This document shows, in pieces, positions 48,133-60,712 of a stretch of DNA of 64,000 nucleotides. The stretch covers positions 78,122,001 through 78,186,000 of the forward strand of contig NW_024704743.1 in assembly GCF_018977255.1 (NCBI RefSeq), given 5' to 3'. This DNA comes from Callorhinchus milii (lineage: Eukaryota). The position numbers and the translations under genes are program-made. The stretch's first letter is position 1. Each line of letters begins with the position of its first letter. The notes beneath the pieces were generated by a model. The model was not told the origin of the DNA. It ran no database searches and worked only from the letters and a program-made list of their open reading frames with translations.

Positions 48133-49123
48133 GCCGCATCTTGCTTCTGGACCTGCGATCCCTGGTCCTGTCATATTGGAGGCACATTTTCAGTAAAGGA
48201 GAGGAAAATGACTCAATTCAGTTTGTTCTGTGGTGTTGAAATCCAGTGTCAGAGAAGTGGCAAGTGCTTTGGGCCATTCTCCTGATGTGAAAGAAGCTAT
48301 ATAAAATGTATTGTATTGTTAAGCAGACATTGAGAGCAGGGCATCCCTTGAATGAGTGACGAGTCTCTGGTGGTAGGCTTCACTATTAAAGCTTGTTCCA
48401 TGTTTGTTCTGCGCTGGTGATACTCTTAACACCTGCACTAATGCTGACTCATATCGACATTGCTGTACATAATTATCTTCAAATAGTCACCTGTTCCAAG
48501 TCATAAATAATACCACCAGAGAGCAGAAACCACTGTAGTTCCTGATGCCAATAATTACTCAAGGTTGTTTCCAGTGATAATATTGTGCTTTGAATTTAAA
48601 AGCAATTATTTATATTGTCAAAAAATATTATTCTATTTAGGTTCAGAGGTTAACCCCAGAAAAAGAGTCCACATATCTGAATGCTTGAGTACTGAACACA
48701 GCCTGCAAAATACACCTATTTGGGGTCTAATTTGAAACTTCAAATAGCTCTACAGCATCGCTCTCTAGAAAGCTTTCAAGGCTACTAAATGCAGCAGAAT
48801 TCTACAGAGGACAAAAAAATGTCAAAGAGATGACACAACAAATGTGCATGATACAATACAATTTACATTTATATAGCACCACTCACATTGGAAGGACATC
48901 TCAAAGCACTTCACAGTGCTGAATAAGACCCAAGCTGGGGGTGGCAGCCGAATAATAACCGAAAGCACAATTAAAATTAAAATAATTGCTTGAAATGTGC
49001 TTTGAAAGACGGGAGTGAGTGAGGAGGGGACGGGCAGCCTCAGAATTTATAGTGGGGGGGGGGGGGGGGGAGGAGGAGGAGTGTTGGGAAGGGTGGTTTC
49101 ACTTGTATACAATGTACATCAAG

Positions 49124-49449
49124 GTGGAGTCCTGTAGCTCAGTGGTTAGAGCACTCGCTTTGCAAGTGAGAGACCTGAGTTCAATTCCAGGCAGGGCGAA
49201 ACCTTGGGCAAGTTTCCTTACTCCACACGCTTAATAATAATCCCTCCAAAAAAACAAAACAATAATAAATTGGTTATTTTCAATCTACGACCGTTTGTGG
49301 GACATTGCTGTGCGCAATTGGCTGCCGCGTTCGCCCACAAATATACAGTCAATTCACTTTACAGTATATTCTGTGAAGCGCTTTGGGACGTTAAGAAGAC
49401 GTGAAAGGCGCTATATCAAAAATGCAAGGATTATTATTATATTATTATC
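49124..49449 (+). mobile_element. Young tRNA(Ala)-headed SINE
   Basis: Near-identical to 22851-23184. Confidence 0.94.
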
Positions 49450-49890
49450 AAGCCCTCCACCATATTTTTCCTACTTTGGAAAAAGCTTCCACCCAGGTCC
49501 CTCTTCCTCGGATCTCTTCTCCCTCTGGACTTCCACCCACAGCAGTCCTGATGAAGCCATCAAACTGCTAAATGATTGCTTTTCTGCAACACTCAACTCC
49601 CTTGCCCCCCTGAAATCCAGGTCTGTCTCCAAATCTACCCACTTCCCCCGTATAGCAGTCACCTCTGCTCCCTCAATATGAAAACCCGGACACTCGAGCG
49701 CAGATGGCACAAATCCAGCTTCAAAATTCATCGCCAGCTGTGACTCGAGGATTACCGCAACTATCACCTCTCCCTCTTGCAAACCAAATCTGCCTTTTAC
49801 CTCAAAACCATTTTGGAGGCTAAAAACATCCCAAAGGCACTGTTCTCCACCATTTATCACCTCCTCTGCACACCCCCACCCCTCCAAGCC
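49450..49890 (+). mobile_element. L2 ORF2 internal fragment
   Basis: C-rich; LLNDCFSATLNSLAPLKS and PKALFSTI-like motifs typical of the L2 linker region. Confidence 0.65.
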
Positions 49891-50349
49891 GCATCCATCC
49901 TGTGCATATATATATATATATAATAAACAAAGAATGCAACAATATTCTCATGATCCTTTAGGTAACTATTTTTTCCTAGACTCCCCTTTCACTGACAGCT
50001 TTAATTTTAAGATTGTGCCCTCTATTCCTGGATTCCCTATCTACAGTGAAGTGAAGAGTCATTCCCTATTTACTTTGTTAATACACTTTATTACATTGAA
50101 CGCTTCAATTAGATCACCCCATAACTTCCTGAACTCCCACAAAAAACTCAAATTTATTCAGCATCCCATTGGAGTTCACAAGTTCACAAGAGAGGTTTGG
50201 GTGAAGTAGGCTCTTCAGCCTATCTGATCTCATTCTTCCATCACAGCAAAAGAGTGTTTTTCAAATGTGTCCTGACGTCAACCACCCTTCCTGTTCCAGT
50301 AGTTAATTATCCTCTGGATGAAGAAATGCTTCCTATTGTTGTCTTTAAC

Positions 50350-50602
50350 AATAAGAATAATATTCCTTGCATTTGACATAGCAGATTATCACATCATTGA
50401 CCAAACTTTTATCATTATTTCGTTTTTTTGAAGCAATCCGCCAATCGACTAACAACCAGATTCCCTAATTACTGCTAGGTAAACAGAGGTGTGTGGAGTA
50501 AGCAAACTTGCCTAAGGTTTTGCCCCCACCCACCTCCCCAGGATTCATACTGGTCCTCTCGCTTGCGAGGCGAATGGTCGAACCAATACACTACGGGACT
50601 CC
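50350..50602 (-). mobile_element. tRNA-derived SINE, long subfamily (internally deleted)
   Basis: Reverse complement of the GGAGTCCCGTAG head and of the gtttacctagcagtaa segment. Confidence 0.8.
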
Positions 50603-52466
50603 AAAAATGACCTATGTAATTATAGCATATATGTATTAAAAATGATATAATTAGCATTTTTAAAAAAACTCCTAAAGATTCATCCCTAAAACGTCACACT
50701 TTGTGTTTTCATATTTGAAGGTATACAAAGTTTTATTTTATATAAAAAAAAAGTAACTGCTATTCTAACTCATCCAAAACTCTGGAAACCGTATTCTTAC
50801 CCATACTATGATCTGCATGCCTATTACCTCCATCCTCACCAGAATTCCAGCACCTTGCAGATCTACTTTTATCCATGTACAGTCTTGACCCTCCCTACCT
50901 ATTCATTCTATTTGAACTCTGTTAATCATAGAAATATACAGCACAGAAGGAGGCCATTTGGCCCATTGTGTCTGTGCTGGAGCTTTTTAGTCCCTATGCC
51001 CACAAAAAATACAATCAATCCACTTTACAGTTTATCCTGTGAAGCGCTTTGAGGCATCTTGATGATGTGAATAACACTATATTAAATGCAAGGATTATTA
51101 TTATTATGCCGCTGCTCCCTCCCTGGAATTTTCTTCCCACTCTTTGTCTTGCTTTAACTTTTCCTGCAAACGCAATCCTGTAAAAACATATCTCTTTGAC
51201 TACACATTTGGTCAACATCTTTATTGATCAAAAAAACACAGTGTAGTTAGGATAATGGAATGTCCTCCTGGGAAAGGTGGTTGGGGGAGAATCCATATTG
51301 GCTTTCAAAAACAAACTAGATAAATATCTAAAAATAAGTCAACTACAGGGGTATGGGGACAGGTAATCTGGACTGTAAGGATTGCTCTTAAGAGTTTGGC
51401 ACAGAAACAAATGACCTTCTTTGCTGTAAATTTCTTTGGTTCTATTAACAGCTAGGCAGGTGCTCATGGTAAAGAGAAGGCTTTCCTGTAGGGGACTTTC
51501 CTGCACTGTTTCCCACTTTGAGATGTTCTTTCTGAAAAGAAAATATGAAAACTATTAAGTGAGTCACCTGGTTATCTTTGTTTAAAGTAGGCTCTTTTTT
51601 TCCCAAACACATAGAGAAAATTATGTTTCATCTGAAATGAAGTACTTCTCTACAGTCCTCAGAATTTGCTAGGGTGTCTCTGACACTCATATTTAGAGTG
51701 TGCTATTTTCCATTTTTCAGAGATTATGCAAAGAACAAATTATGAATTTATTGTTACCTAAATGGCCAATGAATATTACATTTTAAGAGAACTGTTTAGG
51801 TACCAATTGTTTGAATTTTTTCACTAAACCTTCCTATCTTGCTGCCATTCCCTGCAAGCAGCCTTCCCTTTAAGCAATCATTACAGTTCCATTTACCTTA
51901 CTCCAAACTCCTGTAGTTGACTTAATTTTTGGTATTTATCCAGTTCACTTTTGAAAGCCAATATGGATTCTCCCCCAACCACCTCTCCCAAAATGACATT
52001 CCATATCCTAACTACTCTGTGTGTGAAAACATTCTGCTAATCTCCCCATTTGTTTGTTTGCTAACTATCTTAAGTTGATGCCCTCTAGTGACTGACTCAT
52101 CGACCAGTGGAAATAGTTTCTCTCAATTGATTCTATCAAAATAACAATCTGCATTTATAAAGTGCCCTTCACATAGGCAGTGTCTCGGAGTGCTTAACAG
52201 TAATGAAGCTTGACGCTGTGTCGTGAGAGGAGTGACCATAGACATGGTCAAAGAGAAAGGTCTTCAGGTGTGATTTGAAGATGGGGAAGGAGGAGGCAAG
52301 GGATTAAGCCAGAGGTTCATTGTTTTAGGAAAAAGTAACTGAAAATACAGTGCCCAATGGTGGAGCAGAGGGGACTAGACAACTGAGAAAAGGCCGAATG
52401 GGTAGTGGAACTGGGGGTTAGCAGGTCAAAGATTAGCGGGTTAGCAGGTATGTGCCAAGGTATGTG

Positions 52467-52787
52467 GTGGAGTCCTGTAGCTCAGTGGTTAGAGCACTCA
52501 CTTTGCAAGCGAGAGACCTGAGTTCAATTCCAGACAGGGCGAAACCTTGGGCAAGTTTCCTTACTCCACACGCCTAATAATAATCCCTCCAAAAAAAAAA
52601 CAATAATAAATTGGTCATTTTCAATCTACGACCGTTTGTGGGCCATTGCTGTGCGCAATTGGCTGCCGCGTTCGCCCACAAATATACAGTCAATTCACTT
52701 TACAGTGTGTTCTGTGATTCGCTTTGGGACGTCCTCACGACGTGAAAAGTGCTATATCAAATGCAAGGATTATTATTATTATTATTA
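52467..52787 (+). mobile_element. Young tRNA(Ala)-headed SINE
   Basis: Near-identical to the other short-subfamily copies. Confidence 0.94.
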
Positions 52788-53231
52788 AGGCATGAAACCC
52801 CCTTATAATTTTGAAAGCCTCTATCAACCGTAAAACCTTCTTTCTTCCAACAGAAAAAGTCTCAGTTCCTCAAGTCTCTGCTCATCCCAACATGGGGTGA
52901 GAACTTGTAAAGGAGAAACAAGACCCCGTCCCAAGAGCCTATACAATAGGTCACTCTATTCTCTTTGACTGTGCTGTTGGTCTCCCTCCAACCTCTCTGC
53001 CTTCTCTCACCCCTACACCACCCCTTCCCCATGCTTGGGCCCTGACACCTGACTGTTCAGTACTTTAGGATGTCCTCCTGATGTGAAAGGTGCTCTATAA
53101 ATGTAATGTTGTTGTCACATTCCTGTGGTGGTAGATGTTTAGTATATAGGGAGTGTGAGCAAGGGAATAAAGGTGTGAAATTATTTGTTTTTACCTATTT
53201 ACCCTGAAACTGTTGAAATATATTACAAAAC

Positions 53232-56200
53232 ATGTCTGAAAACCTGGCAGGGCAGCTGAGACCTATTCCATGCACACTATGTGCCATGTGGGAACTCCAG
53301 AATGGTTCATGTGTTCTGGACAAACGTGTGTAGGAAGTGCCACGGGATGCTTGAGCTCAGGGTTGCTGAGCTTGAGGAGAGGCTATAGTCACTACATAGG
53401 ATACAGGAGGCTGAAGAATTTATGGATTGAACTTTTCAGGAGTTGGTCACCCCACAGCCACAAAGAGTTCAGGAGGTGGTCACTCCAGCGACACAGAGGG
53501 ATCAGAAGAAGGGTGAGTGGGTGACCATCTGATGTGGAGCAAAAAAAGAACAGGCAGTACAGAAATCCCTTAAGAGTGTGGCACTCACAACCTGGTTCTC
53601 GGTACTGGATACCAGTGAGGATGCCTCTGGCGAGAAGAGTCAAAAGGTAATAGATGTTCAAGGGGACAAGGGGAAAAACGCCAATGCTGTTGTTATCGGG
53701 GATACAACAGTTAAAGGGATAGACAGACGTTTCTGCCATAAAAGACGGTACTCACGCCTGGTATGCTGCCTCCCTGGGGCCAGGGAGCATGACGTCATGG
53801 AACAGGTGCAAAATATACTACAGGAGGAAGGGAAAAATCCGGAAGTTGTGGTCCATGTTGGGATCCATGATGTAGGTGATAAAAGGGCTGAGACCCTACA
53901 GGATGAATATCAGAAGGTTGGGAAGAAGCTAAAGATAAGGACCTCAACAGTGGTGATCTCGGGATTACTCCCAATGCCTTATGCAAGTGAATACCAAACC
54001 GGGAGGATCAAACACATTAATGCCTAGTTGGAGAAATGGTGCAGGAAGGAGGGCTTCAGGTTTCTAAACCAATGGGACCACTTCTGGGGCAGATGGGACC
54101 TGTACACAAGGGATGGGTTACACCTGAGCAGGGCTGGTACCAATGTCATTGCAACAAGGATAACAAATGCTGTGGGGAAGGGTTTAAGCTGATTTCGAGG
54201 GGATGGGGATCAGAATGTAGCATCAGGAAGGGGAAACGAGTTACATAGTGGACGAGGAGAGACAAATAGAAATGAAACAAGGAATAGTCCAACAAAAAGT
54301 GGAAAGAGACGGGGGAGAAATGTAGAGCGGATTAAACCAGTCTTGGAGTGCATGTGTGTAAATGCACGGAGCGTGACCAATAAGCTTGGTGATCTGCAGC
54401 CTCAAGTTGCCACATGGGGCTATGATTTAGTGGCAATTTTGGAGACTTGGCTCAAGCAAGGATATGAATGGGAGCTGAATATTCCTATCTACAACCTATT
54501 CAGGAGGGATAGAGAAGAGAAAAAAGGAGGAGGGGTGGCAATACTCATTAGGGACACTGCCACGGTCCTGGAAAAGGGCGATGTGTTAGAGGGTCCAAAA
54601 CTGAATCTATTTGGTTAGAGTTAAGGAGCAGAAAAGGAGCTGTTACTCTGTTACGTATTTACTACAGACCTCCAAATAGTGGGAAGGAGATAGATGAGCA
54701 AATCTGCAAGCAGATTTCAGAGAGATGCAAAACCAATAGAGTAGATAATGAGGGATTTTGATTATCCTAACATAGACTGGGAAAGGCCAAGGAGGGGAGG
54801 AATTCCTGAAATGTGTGCAGGGGAACTTTCTGGATCAGCATGTTTCCAGCCCAATGAGGAAGGAAGCAGTGCTGGATTTAGTTCTGGGAAATAAAGTGGG
54901 GCAAGTGGAGCAGGTTTCAGCAGGAGAGCATCTGGATAACAGTGGTCACAATATCATTAGGTTTAGAATAGTTATGGAAAAGGACAACAATTAAACAAAG
55001 GTAAAGGCCCCAACTGGAAGTGGGCTAATTTCAGTGAGCTAAAAAGGGACCTGGCCAAGATAGATTGGAAAGAAAGATTGGCAGGTAAGACAGCAAATGA
55101 ACAATGGGAAGCCTTCAAGGAGGAGATAGTTTGGGGACAGAGCAAATATATTCCCAACAAAAGGAAAGGTAGGACAATCAAACGGCCCTGGATGATTAAG
55201 GAAATTGGGATTTAAATAAAACAGAACAAGGAGGCTTAAGACAAATGTCAGGTCCAAAACACACAGGATAATCAAATAGAATATAGGAAGAACAGAGGAG
55301 AAGTGAAAAGGGAAATAAGAGGGACGAAGAGATTGTATGAGAAAAGGTTAGTCAAAGGTAGGGTGGGTCCAATTAGAACCCTAGTGGAAATCTTCTTGTT
55401 GAGGTAGAGGGAATGGCTGATATACTAAATAAGTACTTTGCAACTGTCTTCACAAAAGAATGCAACCAATGCCACAATATCGCAGGCATGTGAACAGAAA
55501 TTGGATATGATAAAAACCAACGGAGAGGAGGTACTAAAAAGGCTGTCAGTGCCCAACATAGATAAGTCACCTGGTCTGGACAGGATGCATTGTAGGTTAC
55601 TGAGGGAAGCAAGGGTGGAAATAGTGGAGGCTGTGGCCACAATCTTTCAATCCTCTTTGGACACTGGAGTGGTGCCAGAGGACTGGGAGGTTGAAATGTT
55701 ACTCCCCTGTACAAAAAGGGGCAGAAGGATAAATCTGAGAACTACAGGCCAATCAGCCTAACATCGTAGCAGAGAAACTTCTGGAGACTATAATCCGGGA
55801 CAATATAAATTCTCACTTAGAAAAATATGGTTTAATAAAGGACAGTCAATATGGATTTGTTAAAGGCCGATCGTGTCTGACAAACCTAATAGAATTTTTT
55901 TGATGAAGTGACTGAGAGGGTGGATGAAGGTAATGCAGTAGATGTAGTTTATCTAGATTTTCAAAAGGCATTTGACAAAGTTCCACATAAGAGACTTATA
56001 AACAAAATAGAAGCCCATGGTATTAAAGGGACGGTGGCAACATGGATCCAGAACTGACTAGGAGACAGAAAGCAGAGAGTGGTAGCAAACAGTTGCTTTT
56101 CTGACTGGAGGGAGGGGTGTAGTGGTGTCCCTCAGAGATCGGTATTGGGACTACTGCTCTTTCTGATCTATATTAATAATCTGGATATAGGGAGCGCAAT

Positions 56201-57101
56201 TTCGAAATTTGCAGATGATCCTAAGCTGCAAGGAAAAGTAGTTAATTGTGAGGAGGATAGCTCAAGCACCAAGAGGACTTAAACAGATTGGTAAAATGGG
56301 CAGAAACTTGGTAGATGAGATTTAATGTGGAGAAATGCGAAGTGTTGTACTTTGGTAGGAAGAATGAGGAGAGGCCGTATAAGCTAGATGGTACAATGTT
56401 AAAGGGGGCAAATGAACAGAGAGACCTGGGGGTCCACATAAGCAAATCTCTGAAGGTGGCAGGACAGGTAGATAAAGCTGTTAAAAAAGAACATGAGATA
56501 CTAGGTTTTACAAATAGGGGCATAGAATTCAAAAGTCAGCAAGTTATGTGGAATATTTATAAAATGCTGGTTAGGCCTCAGTTGGAGTACTGCTTTCAGT
56601 TCTGGGTATTGCACTTTAGGAAAGATGTTAGGGCATTGGAGAGGGTGCAAAGGAGGTGTACCAGGAATGAAGGACTTTAGTTATGAGGAGAGGTTAGCGA
56701 AACTAGGATTATTCTCCCTAGAGCAGAGAAGATTAAGAAGGGATTTAATAGAGGTTTTCAAGATCATGAGAGGATTTGATAGATTGAACCGGGGAAAACT
56801 GTTTCCACTGGCATGTGGGTCAGTAACCTGAGGACACCGATTTAAGATAGTTGTTAAAAGTAACAGAGGGGAGGTTAGGAAAATATTTTCACCGAGCGAG
56901 TTGTTCGGATCTGGAATGCATTACTGAAAGGGTAGTGGAAGCCGATTCAATAACAACTTTTAAGAGAGAAGTAAATGGGTATTTGGGGAGGACAGGATTG
57001 CAGGGCTATGGAGAGAAAACGGGCCAGTTGGATTGCTCTTTTAGGAGCCGGTGCAGACACGATGGGCTGAATGGCCTCTTTCGGTGCTGCATGATTCTAT
57101 G
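53232..57101 (+). mobile_element. Near-full-length decayed CR1-clade LINE
   Basis: ORF1 remnant has a CxxC motif (PCTLCAMWE) and SGNH-esterase blocks (VVIGDTTVKGID, CCLPGAR, VVVHVG, ISGLLP, DGLHL). ORF2 has an AP endonuclease (CVNARSV, AILETWL, GGGVAIL) and RT (DKSPGLD, YLDFQKAFDKV, SGVPQRSVLG, KFADD). It ends in the CR1 tail ATGATTCTATG. Many stops and frameshifts. Confidence 0.95.
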
Positions 57102-57164
57102 AAAAGCACTGTCTGGCAAGCTTTCCCGCTGCTTGTCCAGCGAGGACTACGCTCTCTGTTAAGG

Positions 57165-57369
57165 CCGTGCTGGCCAACCTGTGGCCCGCAGGCCGGAAGC
57201 AGCCGGGAAACATCAAGAACCATTCCCCCGAATATTTGCACAAGTCTGGCTATGTCCGTGTTCGATCGGTAGTGTGTTTCCGTCATTTTTGTTAATGGGA
57301 TAAATCAAGAAGCGTTGAATCCCAAAAATATATATTTCGTTGTCCGACCGCAAAGGTTGGCCACCGCTG
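57165..57369. mobile_element. hAT/Charlie-like MITE
   Basis: Terminal inverted repeats CCGTGCTGGCCAACCT / AGGTTGGCCACCGCTG, subterminal GGCCCGC motif, degenerate 8-bp flanks TGTTAAGG / CATTAGGG. Confidence 0.7.
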
Positions 57370-57379
57370 CATTAGGGCT

Positions 57380-57878
57380 GTGACCTGCGGGGTGAGCGGA
57401 GGGGGGGGGTGTGGGGTGATTCCCTGCTCCCCAGTGACCGGTCTGCTCTTCCAATTCCTTTTTTGTTGTGGTTGAAGCCCTTTCAAGTGCTGGGAGGGAG
57501 GATGGCTGTGCCCAGGAAGACTGCAGACCTGCCTGGCTGGGGGGGGGGGGGGGGCTCAGCAAACAGCGTTCAAAAGGCTCTGTGTGTGTGTGTGTGTGTA
57601 ATGCAAATATCTGGAGTGCTCCACCCACTGTGGGAGGGGGTCTGTCTGACTGACTGTCTGACTGACTGGCTGTTCCCTGCTGAACTGGCGTGAAGCTGCA
57701 GTAAAGCTGAGCATCGCCTCTTTCATTTCGATTTGCGGCTGAAGAGAGGGAGAGAGGAGGAGAAGAGAGAGAGAGAGGACCACGTCTGCTTTAGCTCAGT
57801 CAGGAGGAGGGCAGAAGGCTGTGGGAGAGGAGAGGCTGTGCTCCTGTGCTCCTGTGTGTGTGTGTGTGTGAGGGAGTG
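57380..57878 (+). promoter_or_regulatory. TXNDC5 promoter / 5' UTR region
   Basis: GC-rich with G-runs, an octamer ATGCAAAT (57601-57608) and a UPRE/XBP1-like CCACGTC (57780-57786), immediately upstream of the ATG. Confidence 0.65.
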
Positions 57879-58036
57879 ATGGCTGTGCTCAGGCTGTGGG
57901 TGCTGTTACTGTGGGCTGAGCTGCCCCCCTCTCTGCAGGACCCCCGGGAGGAGCACTCGCAGCACCTCTACACCACCGAACTCTTCACACACGCCGTCAG
58001 CACCGCGCCGCACTTCATCATGTTCTTCGCTCCGTG
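57879..58036 (+). CDS. TXNDC5: Thioredoxin domain-containing protein 5 (ERp46) exon 1: signal peptide and start of Trx domain 1
   Basis: MAVLRLWVLLLWAELPPSLQ...HLYTTELFTHAVSTAPHFIMFFAP(W). Donor TG|GTAACG is phase 2. Lies downstream of BLOC1S5 as in other vertebrates. Confidence 0.93.
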
Positions 58037-58079
58037 GTAACGTTTGCATTTTATTTATATTTCGATCAGCGAATCCCCA

Positions 58080-58240
58080 GACACTCACTCACTCACTCAC
58101 TCTCACACTCACTCACTCTCACTCACTCACTCTCACTCACTCACTCACACACACACACACACACTCACTCACTCTCTCACACTCACACACACACACACTT
58201 ACACACACACTCTCACACTCTCTCACACTCTCACTCACCA
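58080..58240. repeat. (CACT)n/(CA)n repeat at the start of TXNDC5 intron 1
   Basis: Directly visible. Confidence 0.92.
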
Positions 58241-58787
58241 TGTTCTTCCCTCCTTAGTAAAGTTGGTATTTTATTGATATAAAACTGCTCACATCCACAC
58301 AGACCCTCACTCCCTCCCTCACTCCCTCCCTCACTCCCATTGCCTTTTTGCAGACAGACTGACCCACAGCAAATCACTGCTCTCTCACACCAGACTGTCA
58401 GGACTGAGGGCCGTCTGTCCCCCCCTCCCCCCCCCCCCGGGGCTGTGCTTCCCGTCTGTAGCGGATTGTGAGAGGGGGGGGGGTCAGTGCATCACTGTGT
58501 GTGTGTGTGGGGGGGGGTACCGGCAGTCTGGCTGTGTGTGTGTGTGGGGGGGGGTACCGGCAGTCTGGCTGTGTGTGTGTGGGGGGGGGGGGGGGGGTAC
58601 CGGCAGTCTGGCTGTGGACGTGGCAGGAACCAAGTCAGGAACATTCAGTTCCGTGTCGGGTTTGCAAACTTGAGCTGTTTATTTTGGGGGCGCGGCGATG
58701 GCAAAGGTGACCACAGCCACAGCCCATCCCGGACCGTCTGCACTCAAACCGCCTGCACCACACTCACATGGTACAACCAGCACCATC

Positions 58788-59774
58788 CTCACCCCCCCAC
58801 ACACACACCCTCACACACACCCTCACACACACACACACACCCTCACACACACACACACACACACACACCCTCACACACACACACACCCCCACACACACAC
58901 ACACACCCTCACACACACCCACACACACACCCTCACACACACCCACACCCCCACACACACACCCACACACACACCCACACACACACCCTCACACACACCC
59001 ACACACACACCCTCACACACACCCACACCCCCACACACACACACACACCCTCACACACACCCACACCCCCACACACACACACACACCCTCACACACACCC
59101 ACACACACACACACACACCCTCACACACACACACACACACACACCCTCACACACCCACACACACACCCACACACACACACACCCACACACACACCCCACA
59201 CACACACACACACACCCTCACACACACCCACACACACACCCTCACACACACCCACACCCCCACACACACACACACCCTCACACACACCCACACACACACC
59301 CTCACACACACCCTCACACACACACACACACACACACCCTCACCCCACACACACACACCCTCACACACACCACACACACACACCCTCACACACACACACA
59401 CACACCCTCACACACACACACACACACACCCCACACACACACACACCCACACACACAACCACCCACACAACCACACACCCACCCACACACACACCCACAC
59501 ACACACCCACACACACACCCACACACACACCCCCACACACACACCCACACACACCCACACACACACCAACACACACACACACACCCACCCACACACCCAC
59601 ACACACCCACACACACACACCCACCCACACACACACCCACACACACACCCACACACACACCCACACACACACCCCCACACACACACCCACACACACCCAC
59701 ACACACACCAACACACACACACACACCCACCCACACACCCACACACACCCACACACACACCAACACACACACAC

Positions 59775-59810
<36 letters not shown>

Positions 59811-60016
59811 CCACACCCCCACACACACACACACACCCACACACACACACACCCACACACACACCCCCACACACACACCCACACACACCCACACACACAC
59901 CAACACACACACACACACCCCCCACACACACCCACACACACCCACACCCCCACACACACACACACACCCACACACACCCCCACACACCCCCACACACACC
60001 CACACACACACCCCCC

Positions 60017-60048
<32 letters not shown>
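58788..60048. repeat. CA-rich minisatellite (CCCTCA(CA)n and CC(CA)n units) in TXNDC5 intron 1
   Basis: Directly visible. Confidence 0.96.
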
Positions 60049-60049
<1 letters not shown>

Positions 60050-60179
60050 CTGGAGTTGTCAAACCTACTGCTGTATGTGCAGCCACAGCTCAGAGGCCCA
60101 GATTTTTACACACCTGCTCTCTTTCTTCACTTACTTACTGCTGGGCCTCTTGTCACTTATGTCCCAAACTACGGGGACA

Positions 60180-60712
60180 TTTGGCTCTCCTCTCTGGGTC
60201 AGAACGATGTGGGTTTAAGCCCCATGTCAGGATCTTGAATTCTTGTCCAGGATGACACCGGTTTAGCACTGGGAGTGCGCAACTTTGTTAGAGGTGATGT
60301 CCTTCGCGTGAGATCTTTGATGCAACATAAACACACTTTGCAGTTATGTAATTTTGTTGTTGTTGTTAATCTTGAGGAGCACTTTGAGACATCCCCTCGA
60401 AATGAAAGACACTACATTAAATGCAAGGACTATTGCTATTATATCCAGTTTTCCTGTTCAGGTGAATGTTAAAATCCCGTAACACTATTCAAAAAGGAAC
60501 AGGAATTATCTCCTGGTGTCGCTTTAAATAATCCCCCAGATAAAATTGGTAATTTGCTTCATGACTGTTTGTGGGATATTGCCTTGTAATTTGGCTGCCA
60601 GATTCACCTACAAAATACAGCCAATGCACTTTAAAGTACAATCTTATGAAGCATTTCGAGATTTCTTGACAATGCAATAAGGTGCTGATCAAATGCAAGA
60701 ATGATTTTTATT
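60180..60712 (+). mobile_element. Deu-domain SINE in TXNDC5 intron 1, interrupted by LINE/SINE tail fragments at ~60315-60443
   Basis: Head, Deu core and tail are recognisable by comparison with 13893-14720. Confidence 0.75.

Noticed and set aside
58487..60255. 500-580 aa His/Thr/Pro ORFs
   Set aside because: CA-repeat translations open in all three frames, inside TXNDC5 intron 1.
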